A stretch of DNA of 64,000 bases. Origin: Cenococcum geophilum. Lineage: Eukaryota. Location of the stretch: contig CP158636.1 of the NCBI GenBank assembly GCA_050273025.1, positions 12,648,001 through 12,712,000 on the forward strand, in the 5' to 3' direction. Shown here piece after piece: positions 23,201 through 37,726 of the stretch. Numbering within the stretch: position 1 is the first letter of the stretch; the number at the start of each line of letters is the position of its first letter. The position numbers and the translations under genes are program-made. Below the pieces are notes generated by a model. The model was not told the DNA's origin, did no database searches, and worked only from the letters and a program-made list of their open reading frames with translations.

Positions 23201-26200
23201 ACGTTTTAGGGGTTATTTACTTTTACCCCAAACAATGCTTTATAAGGGGTCATTTTTGTGCTGCTGTAAATGCTTATATTATATATATACTGCGCTAAAG
23301 CCAACCACAATATCTAATTATCCTGTTGATAATTAATATAGCAGCGGAGGTAGTGTTCCAATAACGCATTTAGACGCTCTGTTTACCCGTCTATTTGCGG
23401 GTAGAAGGTAGTGCTTATTCTTTGCCGTATTTTTAACAAGAGACAAAATAAAGACTAAAATGCACTATTAAATACGGTGCCTCTGTTAGACACGATTCCC
23501 CTTAGCGTGCTAAATAAGAGCTACCGTTCCAAAAACAGGTCTGCTAGTTCTACTGCTGTAATCATTGTTATAATAGCAAAGTATCCTAAAAACTTTGTAT
23601 ACCTATTAACGATTACTAGGATAGCGTTAGCAACCTCTCTAGTTCTTGTCTTAGTAGGGGGTAAGCCTATAATAAAATCTATTATTAATTCTAATATGGG
23701 TCCTTGTGGAATAGGAAGCACTAATAACTTACTATATAGGTAATGCCTAGATATCTATATCCTTTGGTACGTATTACACCTTAATATATAGTCCTTAACC
23801 TCTTTAGATATTCCGTCCCAAAAGTATTTCCTTTAAACGGCCTTAAGGGTTCTATTGGCACCGTAGTAACCCCTAAAAGGGTTGTTGTAGAAGACCTTTA
23901 GAATTTCGTCTTAAATTGCTTGGTCCTTTGGGATATATATAGTACCCTTAAAGCGTAACAGACCCTTTTAGTCTTACTGCTATAGCTTCTTAGTAACTCC
24001 GGCTAAGTCGGTTTCTACTATATCTTTCTACCTCTTCCCAGAGGCGAAGGCGTCCCTTTATTAAGCTTAAAGAAGAAGATCCGGAAAGGTTTTATGTAGA
24101 TTGCTTGCTTCTATTTCGCCTGCCGCTATTATAGACTTAAGGCATAGCACGAGACGTTTTAAACCATTAGTGCTAGCAGATTCTCCTGCTGTTGTGCAGT
24201 ATACCATACTACGGATAGGCATCTCGCCTATCCCCTTTGGATCCGAGAACTTATAGCTAATACGCCGTCGAGTTAAAGGTACCGCGATACCTCTAGTACA
24301 TCCCACAGAATTCTCGCTAATTCTAGGGTACGCTAACTTTGTAATATCTGCTTAGTCTATAACTTAGTCTATAACTATATCCTACGGCTCTATAATTATA
24401 TTACTTTGTAGCTGTATTGCTAGGACCTCTGCCCTGCCGCGAAATTCTATAGTTCTAGGGAAAAAGTCTTCTTTCTTCCTAAGCAAATTTTGCAATGTGG
24501 GGATTATTTCCCCTATACTGTCCTGGATCCTCCCTGTCTTATAATCCAGACGTCTTAATAACCTATTAGCAGGATTTGTCTTTCCTAGGCGGTATATAAT
24601 CTTAAAATCGTACTATAATAGTGCTTCTGCCTACCTAGCTTATCGACTGCTTAATACCTTCGTAGTTATAAAGTATTCTAGGTTGTTATAGTCTGTAAGA
24701 ACTTTAATGGGATAATTGCTTCCTATATAATAATGTCGCCAGTGCTTTATTACTATGATTATCGCGAGTAGCTTTTGGTCGTGCGTTATATAACGCTGCT
24801 CTATAGGGGTTATTTTCCTTGACTAAAACGCCATAGGATACTATTTTCCGTCTTTTAATTAAGATATAATTGCCCCTAGGGCAAAGCCGGATGCATCCGT
24901 TTTAAGATATATATGTAGCTCCTAGTAGAAGTGTATTAGAATAGGCGCCGATATAAATAAATTCTTTAACCGGTCTATAGCCTGCTTAATAGCTTCCCTA
25001 AATATAAAGGGTCCTAACTTTCTGCCATTCTTAGATCCTTTTAGTAGATTGGTAATTGGGAGTATTACTCGTAAGTAGTAAACAATGAACGTTTAATAGA
25101 AGTACGCCGTGCCTAAGAAAACCTATACTTCTTTAAATGTCGTAGGGTAGGGCTATTCCCTAATAGCGTCCACCCGACTTTTCTCTATTAATACTCCGTT
25201 AACGCTGACGATAAAGCCTAAAAAATTAATGCTAGTAGTATAGAACGTGTACTTTTTCAGGTTTATATAGAGCTTATATTCCCGTAGTCTTTCTAGTACC
25301 ATTCGCACGTGGTGCGTATGTGCTTCGTAGTTATTAGAGTAGACTATAATATTATTAAGGTAGACTATATATATCGTGTCTAATAGGCCCGATAATGCCT
25401 TATTAATATAGGCCTAAAATATCACTGGTGCGTTAGTGAGCCTAAATGGCATCACTAGGTACTTAAAGTGGCCGTACCGTGTTCGGAACGCCGTTTTCTA
25501 CTTATTGCCGGCTTTAATCCGGATTCGATGGTATGCATCTTTTAGATCTAATTTTGTGAATATTTTTACGCCTAACAGCCTATTAATAAGCTCCCCTATT
25601 AAGGGTAACGGGTAGTAATTCTTTATAGTAATCTTATTTAGCGCCTAATAGTCGATATAGAGGTAAAGGGTCCCGTCCTTCTTAGGTATAAATATAATTA
25701 GTGCCCCTGCTGGGCTTATAGAGGGCTAAATCCATCCTCTCTAAAGATTGTCTACTATATATTAACGCAGTACCGCTAGCTCATTTTTTAATAGGTTATA
25801 CAGCGGTCCAAAAGGAGGTTGTTTATCCCCTATGTCTATCTTGTGCTTAACTAATATAGGGTTAAATAAGGTTTGTGCAGCCTCTTTACTAGAAATATCC
25901 TCTAAGTCTATATATTCCTATAGAATCTCTAGTTCCTTAACTGCGTATAGCCGGACATCTAAAAATGAATATCCTGTGTCCCCGTTCTTGGTGTTAAGAG
26001 TGGCATATATAGTATATGCCCACCCTTCTTCTTATATATAGTTTAAGAAAGTCTCTTAATCTTTAACTATAATACGCGGTTGAGACTTCTGATATTGATA
26101 TAAGGCTAAAGGCCAATTAATATCCGGATTAACTTAGCGAAGTTATAGGTATCCTAAAACAAGGTCGTACCCCTTAATTTCTACGGTATAGAAGCGTATC

Positions 26201-28079
26201 TCCTACATGTCCTATAGACTATCGCGGTCCTAGCTGGCTACGGAAAAAGCCTATTCCCTATAGTATAGAATCCGGTGGCCTCTAATGCTTTAAACGGTGC
26301 GCACCTATAAGCCGCTAAGGTCTAAATCTAATTCTTTCACTAGTAATTGAGAAATGAACCCTATACTCGCGCCGCTGTCTATAAGGCAGTCTTACGTTAC
26401 CTATTTGTTATTAACTTAAATGGAGACAGGAATAACCATGCGGTAGTTTACTCCCTCCTTCTCTTACTAGCCTAGTGTAAGGGAGTGAAGATCTACTAGG
26501 CTGTCTCTTTTCCTAATTAGGCTGACTCTTGCTTCTTCTGCTGGTAGAAGCGGCTTATATAGCCCTTCTTACCGTAGTTATAATAGGTACGTATCTCCCG
26601 GTTCCCCTCCTATAGATTAGGTCTCTGCCTATTATTATTTTAAGGTTAACCAGCGTTGCTCTAGGGCTGTAAGGCCTGCTCGCGTTATTCTTCTGTAGAG
26701 CGGTTAGGTCGGAATCTGCCCCTATTATTAAAGCTAGGTCTAGTCCTACGCTCTTTATCGTTAGCGTCTCGTTCCTTTTGCTTGCCTAAATGGTCTCTTT
26801 TAGTACTCTTAATCCGAGTAGCTTTAGAGATAAGCTTTTCTTAAGAGGTAGGAATTTCGCCCTTCTCTTATATGGCCTGTTAAATCTTAGGTTATAGCTT
26901 AGCGAGTAGCTGGTAAAGTTATATAGCGTTATCCCATAGATCTAAGTAGGGTATATTGTCTTCTAGTTCTTCTAAGTAGTTTATAAACTGGACCATAGTT
27001 TAACCATCCCGCTGTTTGGCGTTATAGTATCGCTAGTTATAGTCCATCCCTTAATTAGTAGGGTCTTAGACCTAATTAACTAACCAGGTCCTAAGTTCGC
27101 TAAATTTAAGGGGTGTGGTAAGTTTCTTCTTATAGCGTGTCTATAAACTCTTAACGGTGCTACGCAGGAAGGTAGAAGCAATTAGTGTCTAATTATACTT
27201 ATTAGAGTAACGTTTCGGATCTAGCCGAAACTTGGTTTCGCATTATTAGATAAAACGATTGTAGTTCTAAAGACTATTACTATAGTACTTATTAGGTTCC
27301 TTTATGCGGAATTTAGGTTTTTCTAATATTATAACATAGTATAGCGTTACCCCTTTGAGTCCGCTTCGTGTCTAGGGTGTCTATACTTTCCCTAATTGTC
27401 CTTACAATTATTCTTGGTAGTCTTAATATGCTTATCTCAATTATATCTCCAACTTCTTTGTTTTTTATAGGGTCTCGTATAGCGACCGCTCTAATGACTC
27501 CCTAGCAGTAATCGTTCCTAAGGGTCTCGCAAGGTTAGACGGACCAGCCGTGGCTTCTTTATAGGAAGAGGGAATGCGCTCCTCTGGGGAGACTCTTTAA
27601 GCCTCCTACGGTAAGGGCGTTGCTTTATGGGGTATAGGAGTATAGTTCGTCATCGTTAATTAATAGCTGTACGTTCCTAACGGATTGTAAGCGATTAGAA
27701 TTATAAAAGGCCAGCCTAATTAGAATATATAATTATCTAATCGACAGTATTACCGGTAAGTAGAAGGTAAGTTAAAGGTAAATAAAAGATAAGTTAAAGG
27801 TAGAATAAGTTTTACGTATTAAAGGATAAATGCTTCTAACCACTTCTATTTAGAGACTAATCGCTAGTTCTTCTCTAGAGGAGAACTAGCTCCCTATATA
27901 ATCTTTCTAAGACGCTAGTAAAACCCTTTACCCCTTATCTGTCTGACCGTGTCTTTTAGGACATAGATGGAATATAGGTGAGACCTCCTTCTGGAATATA
28001 GATGAGACGTTCCTCTGAAACATAGATGAGACCTCCTTCTGTCTTATCTAATATGTACCTTCTGGGGAATTCCGTTATA
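20290..28079 (-). mobile_element. Ty3/Gypsy family G, full length, RIP-inactivated, with a ~1.9-kb extra region after pol
   Basis: LTRs 20290-20667 and 27702-28079; TSD TATTA; gag with zinc knuckle, protease, RT (FRTRYGHFxYLVMPFGLTNAP), RNase H, integrase, chromodomain. Confidence 0.95.
21164..22080 (+). pseudogene. Antisense 3-exon accessory gene in Gypsy G: Zn-cluster-like Cys motif + helical segment + acidic/Ser-rich tail (RIPed)
   Basis: Introns 21479-21523 (GTATTT..CTAAT..TAG) and 21775-21821 (GTAAGT..TTAAC..TAG). Splicing gives one frame whose stops are all RIP-type TAA/TAG. Motif C-x2-C-x11-C-x11-C-x2-C-x6-C after TAY->TGY. Start codon uncertain. Confidence 0.7.
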
Positions 28080-31000
28080 TATTAGGGAGTACATTATAAG
28101 TATAAGTATATATTAGGGGTTTAGTGTTCCTTACGCAATAGTATTTAGATAGAGTAAATGTAAGAACTGTTCTATATATTTCTTACGCCTATAGTAGGCT
28201 TTTGTCCTTTTAAATAAAGTCCTTTTAAAAACTAAGTAGCTACCTTACTACTGCCTTACTACTACCCTACTACTACTTTACTACTATTACGGCTCGTATA
28301 AATACTTCTAAACCGAAGCTTATAGAATGCTATATTACAAAGATACTAAGCTAAAGAGAAGGAAAAGGGGTTGCTAGGACCGATGTAAACAAATATATAG
28401 GGTAAGCCGCTAAGGCGCTAGCTTTGGGCGGGCCAATTATAAGTCGGCAGAATATAGCAGAATTTGGTAGGTAATATGCGGTAACGTATAATAGCGCCGT
28501 TATATTACCCCCCTCTTTAAAAGAAAACCTACTTTTAGGCTTAGTTAGAAAATAGGGTAGCACTAGGCTTATAAATATAGGATTACTAAAATATAAGATA
28601 AGGAGATAAAGGGGATATAAGTACGTCTAGACTAAGTATAAAGGGCAATTATAGGCTAAGTGGAAGCGCTAGGCTAGAAGGAGTAGCCGCTAAAAGTCTT
28701 AGCACGGATCTAACTAATTAAACAACTTTAACTAGCGGTCAAAGTTCCTAAATATCTAAAATTTTATAGTACTAGTAGAAAACGGCAGAATATAGTAGAA
28801 TTTAGCAGATAGCTATATTAGGGCTTTAGGGTGTTTTTATCCCTATATTCTTCTAGTAACTTATTATCTTTATTATACTAGCATTCCATCTATTTGTCTA
28901 GGTACTTTAGGGGTTTAGGCGTATTAGGGTATTAGTTATAGAATTCTTTAAGCTTTTAGGGGCAGCCTATAAAGTTCTACGTAGGGTACTAGGTTAGGTT
29001 AGGATTATAGCCCTTTTATTAAATATAGTATTTTAGCGTTCCCCGTACTATCTTATAGGCTAGTATTTTGTTAACCTCCTATTTATTACCACCATTTGCT
29101 TAAACTAGTAGGGGAGGCTCGTTCTTTTATCTAGGCAATAGGTCGTTTATAGCTTTCCGTAACTTATTTAGCAAAAAGATAGGGTAAACCCTAATTAAAT
29201 CTAAGAGCTTTATCTTATATGAGTTGCCTATCTTCTTAAAAACCTTATACGGTCCTACCATCTAGTAGTCCAGCTTACGGCTAGGTCGTTTAGTTTTCCA
29301 ATTCCTTATTATAACCTAGACTATATCACCAGGGGCAAAATTAGGCTCTTAACAGTACCCGTTCGCCCACCATTCCATTAACCTTTAAGCTTTTTCTAGG
29401 TTCTTATAGGCTACTATCTAGGCTTCCTCTAATCGTTTAGCGTACTATTAGGCCTTAGTATAGAATAGCTTCTCTTATACAGTTTAGGGTTTTTCTAGCC
29501 TTTTCTAGTTAAAGCTTATATAGGGTAAGTATCCTATTTCTAGCTAAATCGGGGCAAACCCTATAGAGTTATAGGGTAGGGTTACTTGCGCGTAGTTTAT
29601 TAAGGGTAGTAGTTTAGACCAGTTATCCTAAAAATAGTTAATAAAGGGCCTAAGCCTCTAGTCTAGGTACTAATTTATAATCTCTATCTAATCGTCTATC
29701 TGGGGGTAATAAGCTGTAAAAAGCTTTAGCTTAATGCCTAGGATTTAGGTAAACTTATTTTAGAAGGCCGATATAAGCTATGGCCTATAATTAGACATAA
29801 TAGTATTTAGTAGTCCGTAGATTTAGTAGACGTAATAAATAAATAGCTAGGCTGCCTTTTTAGCATCAATGTTTTTATAATAGGGAATTAAGAACGGGCG
29901 TTTACTAAAGCGGTTGACTATAACTATAACCATATCGTATCTATTACGGTCCCTAGGTAGTTTATAGAAGTCTATAAAAATATACTGCTAAGGGCGCTCT
30001 AGTATTAGGAGTGGCTTAAGTAGTCCTAAAGTCTTATCCTATAAAATTATAGCTCTCTAGTAGTCTTTGCAGTTCTATATATATTAATTAATATCCGCAA
30101 CTATTCTTAGCTAGTAATAGCGGCAGTTAATAATTTTATAGGTCTTGTTCTTACTAGGGTATAATATAAAGACTTAGCAATAAGCTTCGCGGATTAGTTT
30201 AGTCTATAAATTGTTAATATTAGGGACTATAAGCCGCTCCTAGTATAGGAGCAATCCTTCCTCCGTCTTAAAATTGGGGTCTCCTTTTATAGCTTATTTA
30301 CGGAGGGCCCTTAGGGTATTAGCCGTGCGGTTTGCAGTTAGGAGGCGGTTAATTAGCACTATTAGCTTATCTAAGGACTCCTCTATTAGTGCTAGCTTGT
30401 TTTACTAGGAGTTTAGCTTCTTAAGGATCTGTAGGTTAAGCTATTTTAGATAGAGGAGGGCGCGCGTCCAATATTAGGTCTTTAGCTTATCCTAAGGTCC
30501 TATATTTTATTCTCTTTGGGTTAAAGCATTAGCCTTAGAGTTTTACTTACTAGAATAATATATAATTGTAAAAAAGAATTAGGAGAGTATTTTAGCCTAT
30601 TAGGCTTATTATTTAGTAAGCTGCTTTATAGTTATAAAGTACTCTAGGGCTTTATAATCTATATATATCTTAATCTAGGAGTTTATACCTTTAAGCTCTA
30701 CGCGCTATTAGGAGAGTAATTAAATAATAGCTAGCATTTCTTTATTGTATACTTTATAGTTATACTTAGCCAGGTCTATTATCTTTAAGAAAAAAGCTAT
30801 AGGGTACTATTCGCTGTCTAAATATAACTATAATAGGATTCCCGCTACGACCCTATTAGAGGCATCCGTTTCTAGTATTAGTTTAAGGTCTAGGTTATAG
30901 TAATAAAGGATTAGGGAAGAGATAAGCCGATCCTTTATCTCTTTAAAGGCTTTTATATAACTATTATTAAAAATAAAAGGCGTATCTATAATAAAGCCTT

Positions 31001-31683
31001 ATAGCAAAAACTACGGTAGACTTATTAATAGGCTAGGTATATAGGTAAACAAGAAGTCAATAACATAATAATAACTGGTAGAGTGGTTGCCTAATAGATT
31101 AACTCTAATTGTATTCTAAGATTTACTATAAAGAAGAGAACTATCTAGGTAGGGATTATGGTCCTTTAAATACACAACCGTACTCCTAAGAAATCCCCTT
31201 TATATATAAGGTATATATACTCTATTATAGATTATATAGATTATATAGATTATATAGATTACGTTATATAACCTTAACTACTATTCCTTATTATATAGCT
31301 CTATCGGCTCTATCTTAAACTATACCTAAATTAACTAACTAGCTCCTTCTAACTCCTCTCTAAGTAGTCGTAATATTATACTTAAAGCGTCCGTAATACT
31401 ATCTCCCTCCTTTTTATCTTTATCCTTAAAGATCCTAAATACCTCTAAGTTATTTACTAAAGGTGTAATATCCATCTAATTAATTTAGGTAATATTATTA
31501 CTTATTATACCTAAAGTTCCTTCTTCTTTATTAACTACTTATTATGCTCGCACTATTACTGCGATATTATCTCTTAGTAAGATTATACTATCTTTATATT
31601 CTTGCTATTTAAAAGAGGGTTTAGTCTATATTACGTTAGCGAGTTTATCTTTATAATAACCATCCTTTTACTTAAAGTATACT

Positions 31684-34600
31684 TATTGGTCTCACAAGGT
31701 GATATCACGTAGCTATGGTTCGTAGATAGTATAATGATTATTCTATTATATTTTCGTAAGGGAGGCGAGGAGCTTAAGGCTCCTCGCCACGCTAGTGCCG
31801 CGGCGACACGTAACAGCAACTTACCACATATGACGGCAATATGCCTCATATGGTAACCACTTGCCTTTATTCCTAATACTAGCAACTCTTCTTTTATAGT
31901 TACTATCTATATATATATACCGCTTAACTAGCGGAATAAAAATTAATCCTCCTTACTTACTATTGCTATTATAATATAAGTCTCGCTGTCCTAAAATTTG
32001 CCTCTTAGCACGTAGTGCTTTCTTACTTATAAGTTATGGGTAGGTATCTTATTAGTAGGGCCGCTAAGGCGCTAGCGGTAAGCAAGCTAATAGCGATTTT
32101 CTATCCTAGGGATAGAAAATCCTAATTAGCTAGGTTAAGTCAGGGTCTATAAAATCTAACTAATTAGATAACTTTAACCGGCAGTTAAAGTTCCTAGATA
32201 TCTTAAGACCTTATATAACTAAGAAATTTCTAGGGACTCCCTTTTAACCCAACCTTTAACTTATACATATAGAGTATTTATATTAATAAACGTCTTTAGT
32301 GCCTTATTTAGGTTCGCCTTCGTTATCGCATTTACTAGGTTATCTTAGCTATTAATCTATTAAATCTTAAAGAGTTCTTAACGCTTATAGGATTACTAAA
32401 GTGCTATAATGTCGATTATAAGGCGCTTTTCCTTTATAGTACTAAGCTTAACTAAACACTTATAGAGGGAATATAAGTTGGTATATACAATTATAGGGAT
32501 AATAAGAAGTTTAAGTCAATCTATAATTATCTTTAGGGTAGTTCTAATTGCAATTGCTATATTAACTCCGCTAACTATTTTATATATCTCTAACGCTAGA
32601 ACGCTTTAAGTAACGCGCTTACTCTTAGTTAAGCTCTAATAGATAAGATTACTATAGATTATAAAGTCATTCTCTCTAGTAGATTTGTTTGCGATAATAA
32701 TCTTATATCCTAGCTAGGAGCTAAAATCTTTATTATTTATAAATAATCTATTAATAAATATAAAGAGCTTAGCGGTAGGAAGATTAATAGGCATGTAGTA
32801 TAGTCCCCGGTTAAGATAGTTTATTTATTAAAAAAGACGTTTATTTAGGGTAAGAACGTTATCCTTAGTTGGTTCCTAGTGTTAGGTGGCAATAGAGAGA
32901 TTAAATAAAGCCTTAGGTTAATAGATAGAAGTAATATAAGCTTCGCGAGCGCGTTACTCCACATATCCTTACTTTAGAGAATTAACGTTAATAACGTTGA
33001 TCTTCTTACCTTAACCCTTCTGGCGTAAAGTAATAGAATCCTCGTTTAGGGAGAGGATGTATCTATTAAAGAGTAATAGTATTATTAAATTAAGTGTTTC
33101 CTTTAGTTTTACTATAAGATTTGCCTTTACTAGTTTATCTTCTTTAAGAGCTAAGAATCGGTCGTCTCCTAAAATAATTATATTATTAGTTTATATGCCG
33201 ACGATTTATAATAGAGTTCCTGTAGTTATAATAAGGAAGTATAGGTTAAATATAGAAGTAGTTATTAAAAGCTTCTCTTTATAGTGCTTACTGTAGGTAG
33301 CCTACTAATAAGTTCCTACCTCTGCGATTCTATATAATGGCTTAAGCATAACCATAATTATATCTTTGGGATATTAGTGGCGAATTTACTCTAGAAGGTA
33401 TGCTAATATTAAGCGCTAAAGGTGCGTCTCTAATTAGGTATAGGCCTAAGTAATATCTTGTAAATAGACCGCCATTCTATTCTTTATTAAGGAGGGAGCT
33501 AATATAATAATAACTTATTAACTAGCTTGTTAAATTATAAGAGATTACGTAAGAATTATCTCCTTACTATTATTATTATAACCTTAGATAATAAGCCTTA
33601 ATTTCTTAAATAGGGCGTTAGTAGCCTTGCCCTTAATCTTATTAACTATCCTTAATTTAAAGATACGAACTTTATTAAGCTTAGTAGGGTTATACTTCTT
33701 AAATTTAAAGACTCCTCTTATAATAAGACCGTCGATTTCCTACTTGTCGGATGCTTAGAAAGGAGCTTCTAGGGTTATAATACGGCCTTCCTTTTAGAGC
33801 TGTTTTGCAAGCTTAAAGTTAGCCTTCTCTTTAGCTATTATAAAGGCCATTAATAACTTAACTCTATTCTTAATAGCGATAATAAATTATTCTTCAAAAT
33901 TAATAAGATATTGGTAATTTTGTAATCCCTTTAGGCGACCTCTACCGCGTTATAGTTATGGCGCATCTACTATAATTATATTAGGATTATAGTCGCCTTC
34001 TAGAGCATATTAATCGTGGTTCTCTTCTAGGGCATCTTCTAGGGCATCCTATAAAGGCTTAGAATTATTATCTTTATAGTAAGGCTTAATAATAGTTAAA
34101 CGAAATTAAGTAGGTCTATAAGGTATTTAAATAGTATAAGTTTAACTATTAATTGCAATAAGTTAATATGGGCCTAACTATCCTCCCTTTTTACGCTATA
34201 CGCGTACTTTAGTCTAAAGTAATAGGTTAAGCGTAGTTAATATATTTAGGCCATTTCTTATTCCTAGTGCGTTATTAACCTAATATATAGCGTAGAGACG
34301 TTATATCTCCTTTATTGCCTTATAAATAGCCTTAGCTTATTATATAATAAAGGGAGATAATAGAGAATTATTAGTTATTTAAGGGTAGGCGCTAAAGACT
34401 AGTAATATAGGTACGAGTCCATCCGGGCTAGTAGAATTATTAATACCTTTAATAGCCATTTATAAGGTAAGTTTTTTACTAGCATCCTTTAGTTTTAAAG
34501 AGATAATCTTATATATATGGCGTAATGGCGTATAATATCGCTCTACTTTTTTAATACTATTATATGCCTTAACGGGGACTTCCTTAACCTTAATTGCCAT

Positions 34601-37600
34601 TACCTTTATCTATTATCGGAACTCTATAGATAAGAAGTTCTTTCCTATATTATGGACGATTTAATTAGGGGGTCCTAAATAGATATTAATCTAGTATAAT
34701 TAAAGGGTATTTTATGTGTTTTTAGCTAATATATCTTTTAAGAAACGCGCGGCTTAGAAGAAGGTTAAGAAGTTAATAACTTAGAGCACTGGCTTGCCGC
34801 TAAGATATATAATATTAATAATAATATAGAAGTTAAAGTTATAGTTATCCTTAAGGGTAAACTTAAATCGGCTAGGGGACTTTTAGTTTATTTAGTAGTA
34901 ATAGCAGTACTTTATAAGATGCTTAATTACCTTAACCTTAACTTTATAGCCTACTCGCTAAAGAACCCTAAGTAATTAATAAATGGATAGGTGGCCAAAA
35001 CGATGGTATAGTTGGCGTAATTCTAACTTAGTTAAGTGGCTTTAAGTAATACTCTTTTCTAGTTAATAAAGGAGTAACTAGGGGTAACCCTACTTACGTA
35101 TAACGGGTATTTAATTATCTCCCTAAACAAGTATATTCTTAAGGTTATTAAGCTTAATGCCTAATTTATTTATATCTTTAATACAAAATAGATATAGGGT
35201 ATTTATAGGAATAATATAGAAAGTAATGCACCCTAAGGGGGTTTAGACCCTAATTATGCTAAGAGAGATTATAGTACCCTTGCTAAAACAAATTATGTGT
35301 TGGCCTGCTATTAAATAGTTAATCTAAATAGAGTTATTAAGCTGCTAAAGGGCTTAAACTTAAGGTTCTCTTACTATAAATACTCCTGCGGCTCTAGTAT
35401 CCGGCATAATACTATAGAAGACGTTTGCTAAGTATCTGTTATTAAAGGAAAACGCGAAGCTCTCCTTTAGCTTATTAAAGATATTTAACTTTATAATAGA
35501 ATGGAGCGTAAATTGGTTATTAAAAATAGCGACGGTTTATATACCATTTACCTTACTATACTTAGTAAAGTATTAGTTAGGTAAGTAGTCCTTAATTTCC
35601 ATATCTATAAGGAGCTGTTCGGTCTTATTAACCTTACCCTTAAGATTTTTTACGCCTTTATATTAAACTAGGAAGCTTTAGAAGTAGGCCGTAATAACCT
35701 TATAGTTTCTAATATTTCTTATACTCTAACGGAACTTATTATATACCTCTTTTCACTTATTAAAGGAGTGTCTAGTTAACTAGTAATTTAGCTTCTTATA
35801 AACGTAGTACTTCTTTTAGCGATTATTTCGAAATAAACCTCTATAAGGGCCTCTATAATTACCATATAGTTAACATTAATTATACCCTCTTTTATATTCC
35901 CTACTATAGCCACTATATATTCAATTAGTCTATTTATAATCGTATTAGTTAGGAATACTTAGTTAGGTAGGGTTTTTAGTATAGAACTATTAAGGTTCTT
36001 ATATTTGCATTATAGTACCTATAGCAGAGCATAGTTTGGTATATACTTCTTTAAACGTATCTATAGGTTTATATAGCGCTAAATTGCACTTAGGAACGCT
36101 ACGGTAGGCTAAGATAACCTAGTCCCTTAGACTGTTCTTATTTTAGTAAGTTTTAGTAAGGCTACGTTAGATTTTCTAGAGTTTATTAAAGAGTAGTTAA
36201 AGGCACTCTAAACGAGTCTTTATTAGGTTAGAAGTAATAACTCTCTAGAACGTAGTCTCCCGCTATTTAGATATATAAAGTTGGCAATTTTTATTAGTCT
36301 TAAAGTAGGCTCTAATAAGCTAAAGCATTATATTAAAGTTATAGTTTTTACCCGTAATATAGTTATAATAAAATATTACCGCCCGTCCTTTTAATATAAT
36401 AGAGAAAGCGTAATAGTACTAGTGGGGTTAAATTCTAACCTTATTATAACAGTTATAAAAGACCTATAGTTTTACTTTAAGTATATTGTATAGTTCTTCT
36501 CTAAACTTCTTCTCTTTATCCAAATATACCTTTATTAGATTTGTAACTTCTTATAGTAAAGGCTTACAGTTAGCTAGAGTAGAGGAGGTAGAGGCGAAGT
36601 AACTCTAAATAGGAGAGCACCTTTAGGTAGGAGAGTAGCTTTAGGTAGGGGGTTAGCGTTCTAGGGTTTTTAATATAAATTAAAGTTACCTTCTAAAGAA
36701 TATAGGTTGTTTTTAGGTTTCTATAGTTAACCTATAATCTTAGCTTCTATCTATATTAGTTCTTCTATACTAGTAATAACGGCCTAAATATTACTAGCAA
36801 TTAGGTTACTATTCTTAGTAATATATACCCTATTTCTATAGAGGAAGTCTTAAAAATCCTAAACAATATTAATATTGCTAAGTGCCTAGGTATCAGCAGT
36901 CCATCCTATAAAATCCTCCCTAAAATACTCCCATAGTTGTAAATTGGCATAGTATCTATTTTGGTAGAATATAATATAGTATAGAAGAAAGCCGTTAATT
37001 TGTTTTATGGTATAAGTTATTATATTAAAGGCGAATTTATTCTAATCTTTATTAATAAGTTTCGCGTATTTAGCTACCCCTAGTAGTAAGGAGTCTTTCT
37101 AGTTATTTAAAGTAGGCGTAACCATATTTTTGGAGGGAGGGAAGTGTTATTAGTATAGGGATTATTATTTAGTACGCGTTCGTGATATATATTTATCGTT
37201 TAGTACGCGTTTATTATTTAGTACGCGTTTATAATATATATTTGCGGTTATAGGGCTTAGGACTAGTTCTAGCCTTAAATCGCGAAGACTTATAAAGCGT
37301 ATTGTTCTATATAATAGACGTAAGAATCCGTAATCTTAGAAAGGCTTAGGACCAGTTCTAGCCTTTAAATCCTTAGATTTGCAGAAGAGTTCTATTTAAG
37401 GTTTAGGACCAGTTCTAACCTTAAAAGACAGCTCCCCTTAGCATAAGTAGCACTAGTATAGTAGCTTGTCTCTTCTTAGTGGAATACCTAGCTGTTCTAT
37501 AGTATAACAGTAAAGTTAACCATTAATTAGTGTTGGTCTTATAAGGTAATATTACGTAGCTACGGTTCGTAGATAGTATAATAATTATTCTGTTATATTT

Positions 37601-37726
37601 TCGTAAGGGAGAGTAAGGAGCTTAAGGCTCCTCGCCACGCTAGTGCCGCGGCGACACGTAACGGCAACTTGCTACACGTGACGGCAATATGCCTTATATA
37701 GTAACCACTTACCTTTATTCCCAACA
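31684..37726 (-). mobile_element. Ty1/Copia LTR retrotransposon (family F) nested in Gypsy E
   Basis: LTRs 31684-31878 and 37531-37726; TSD ATACT; integrase precedes RT (DITQAY, LYGIAE, QTDD-like motifs) and RNase H. Confidence 0.92.
32084..32210. other. Structured non-coding element in the Copia F 3' UTR, homologous to 12020-12146
   Basis: Perfect 12-bp stem GATTTTCTATCC/GGATAGAAAATC; stems ATCTAA/TTAGAT and AACTTTAAC/GTTAAAGTT; closing GGTCT/AGACC. Confidence 0.7.

Noticed and set aside
32143..32210. Hammerhead ribozyme in the three-way junction
   Set aside because: No CUGAUGA core (or its RIPed form CTAATAA) at the required position on either strand.
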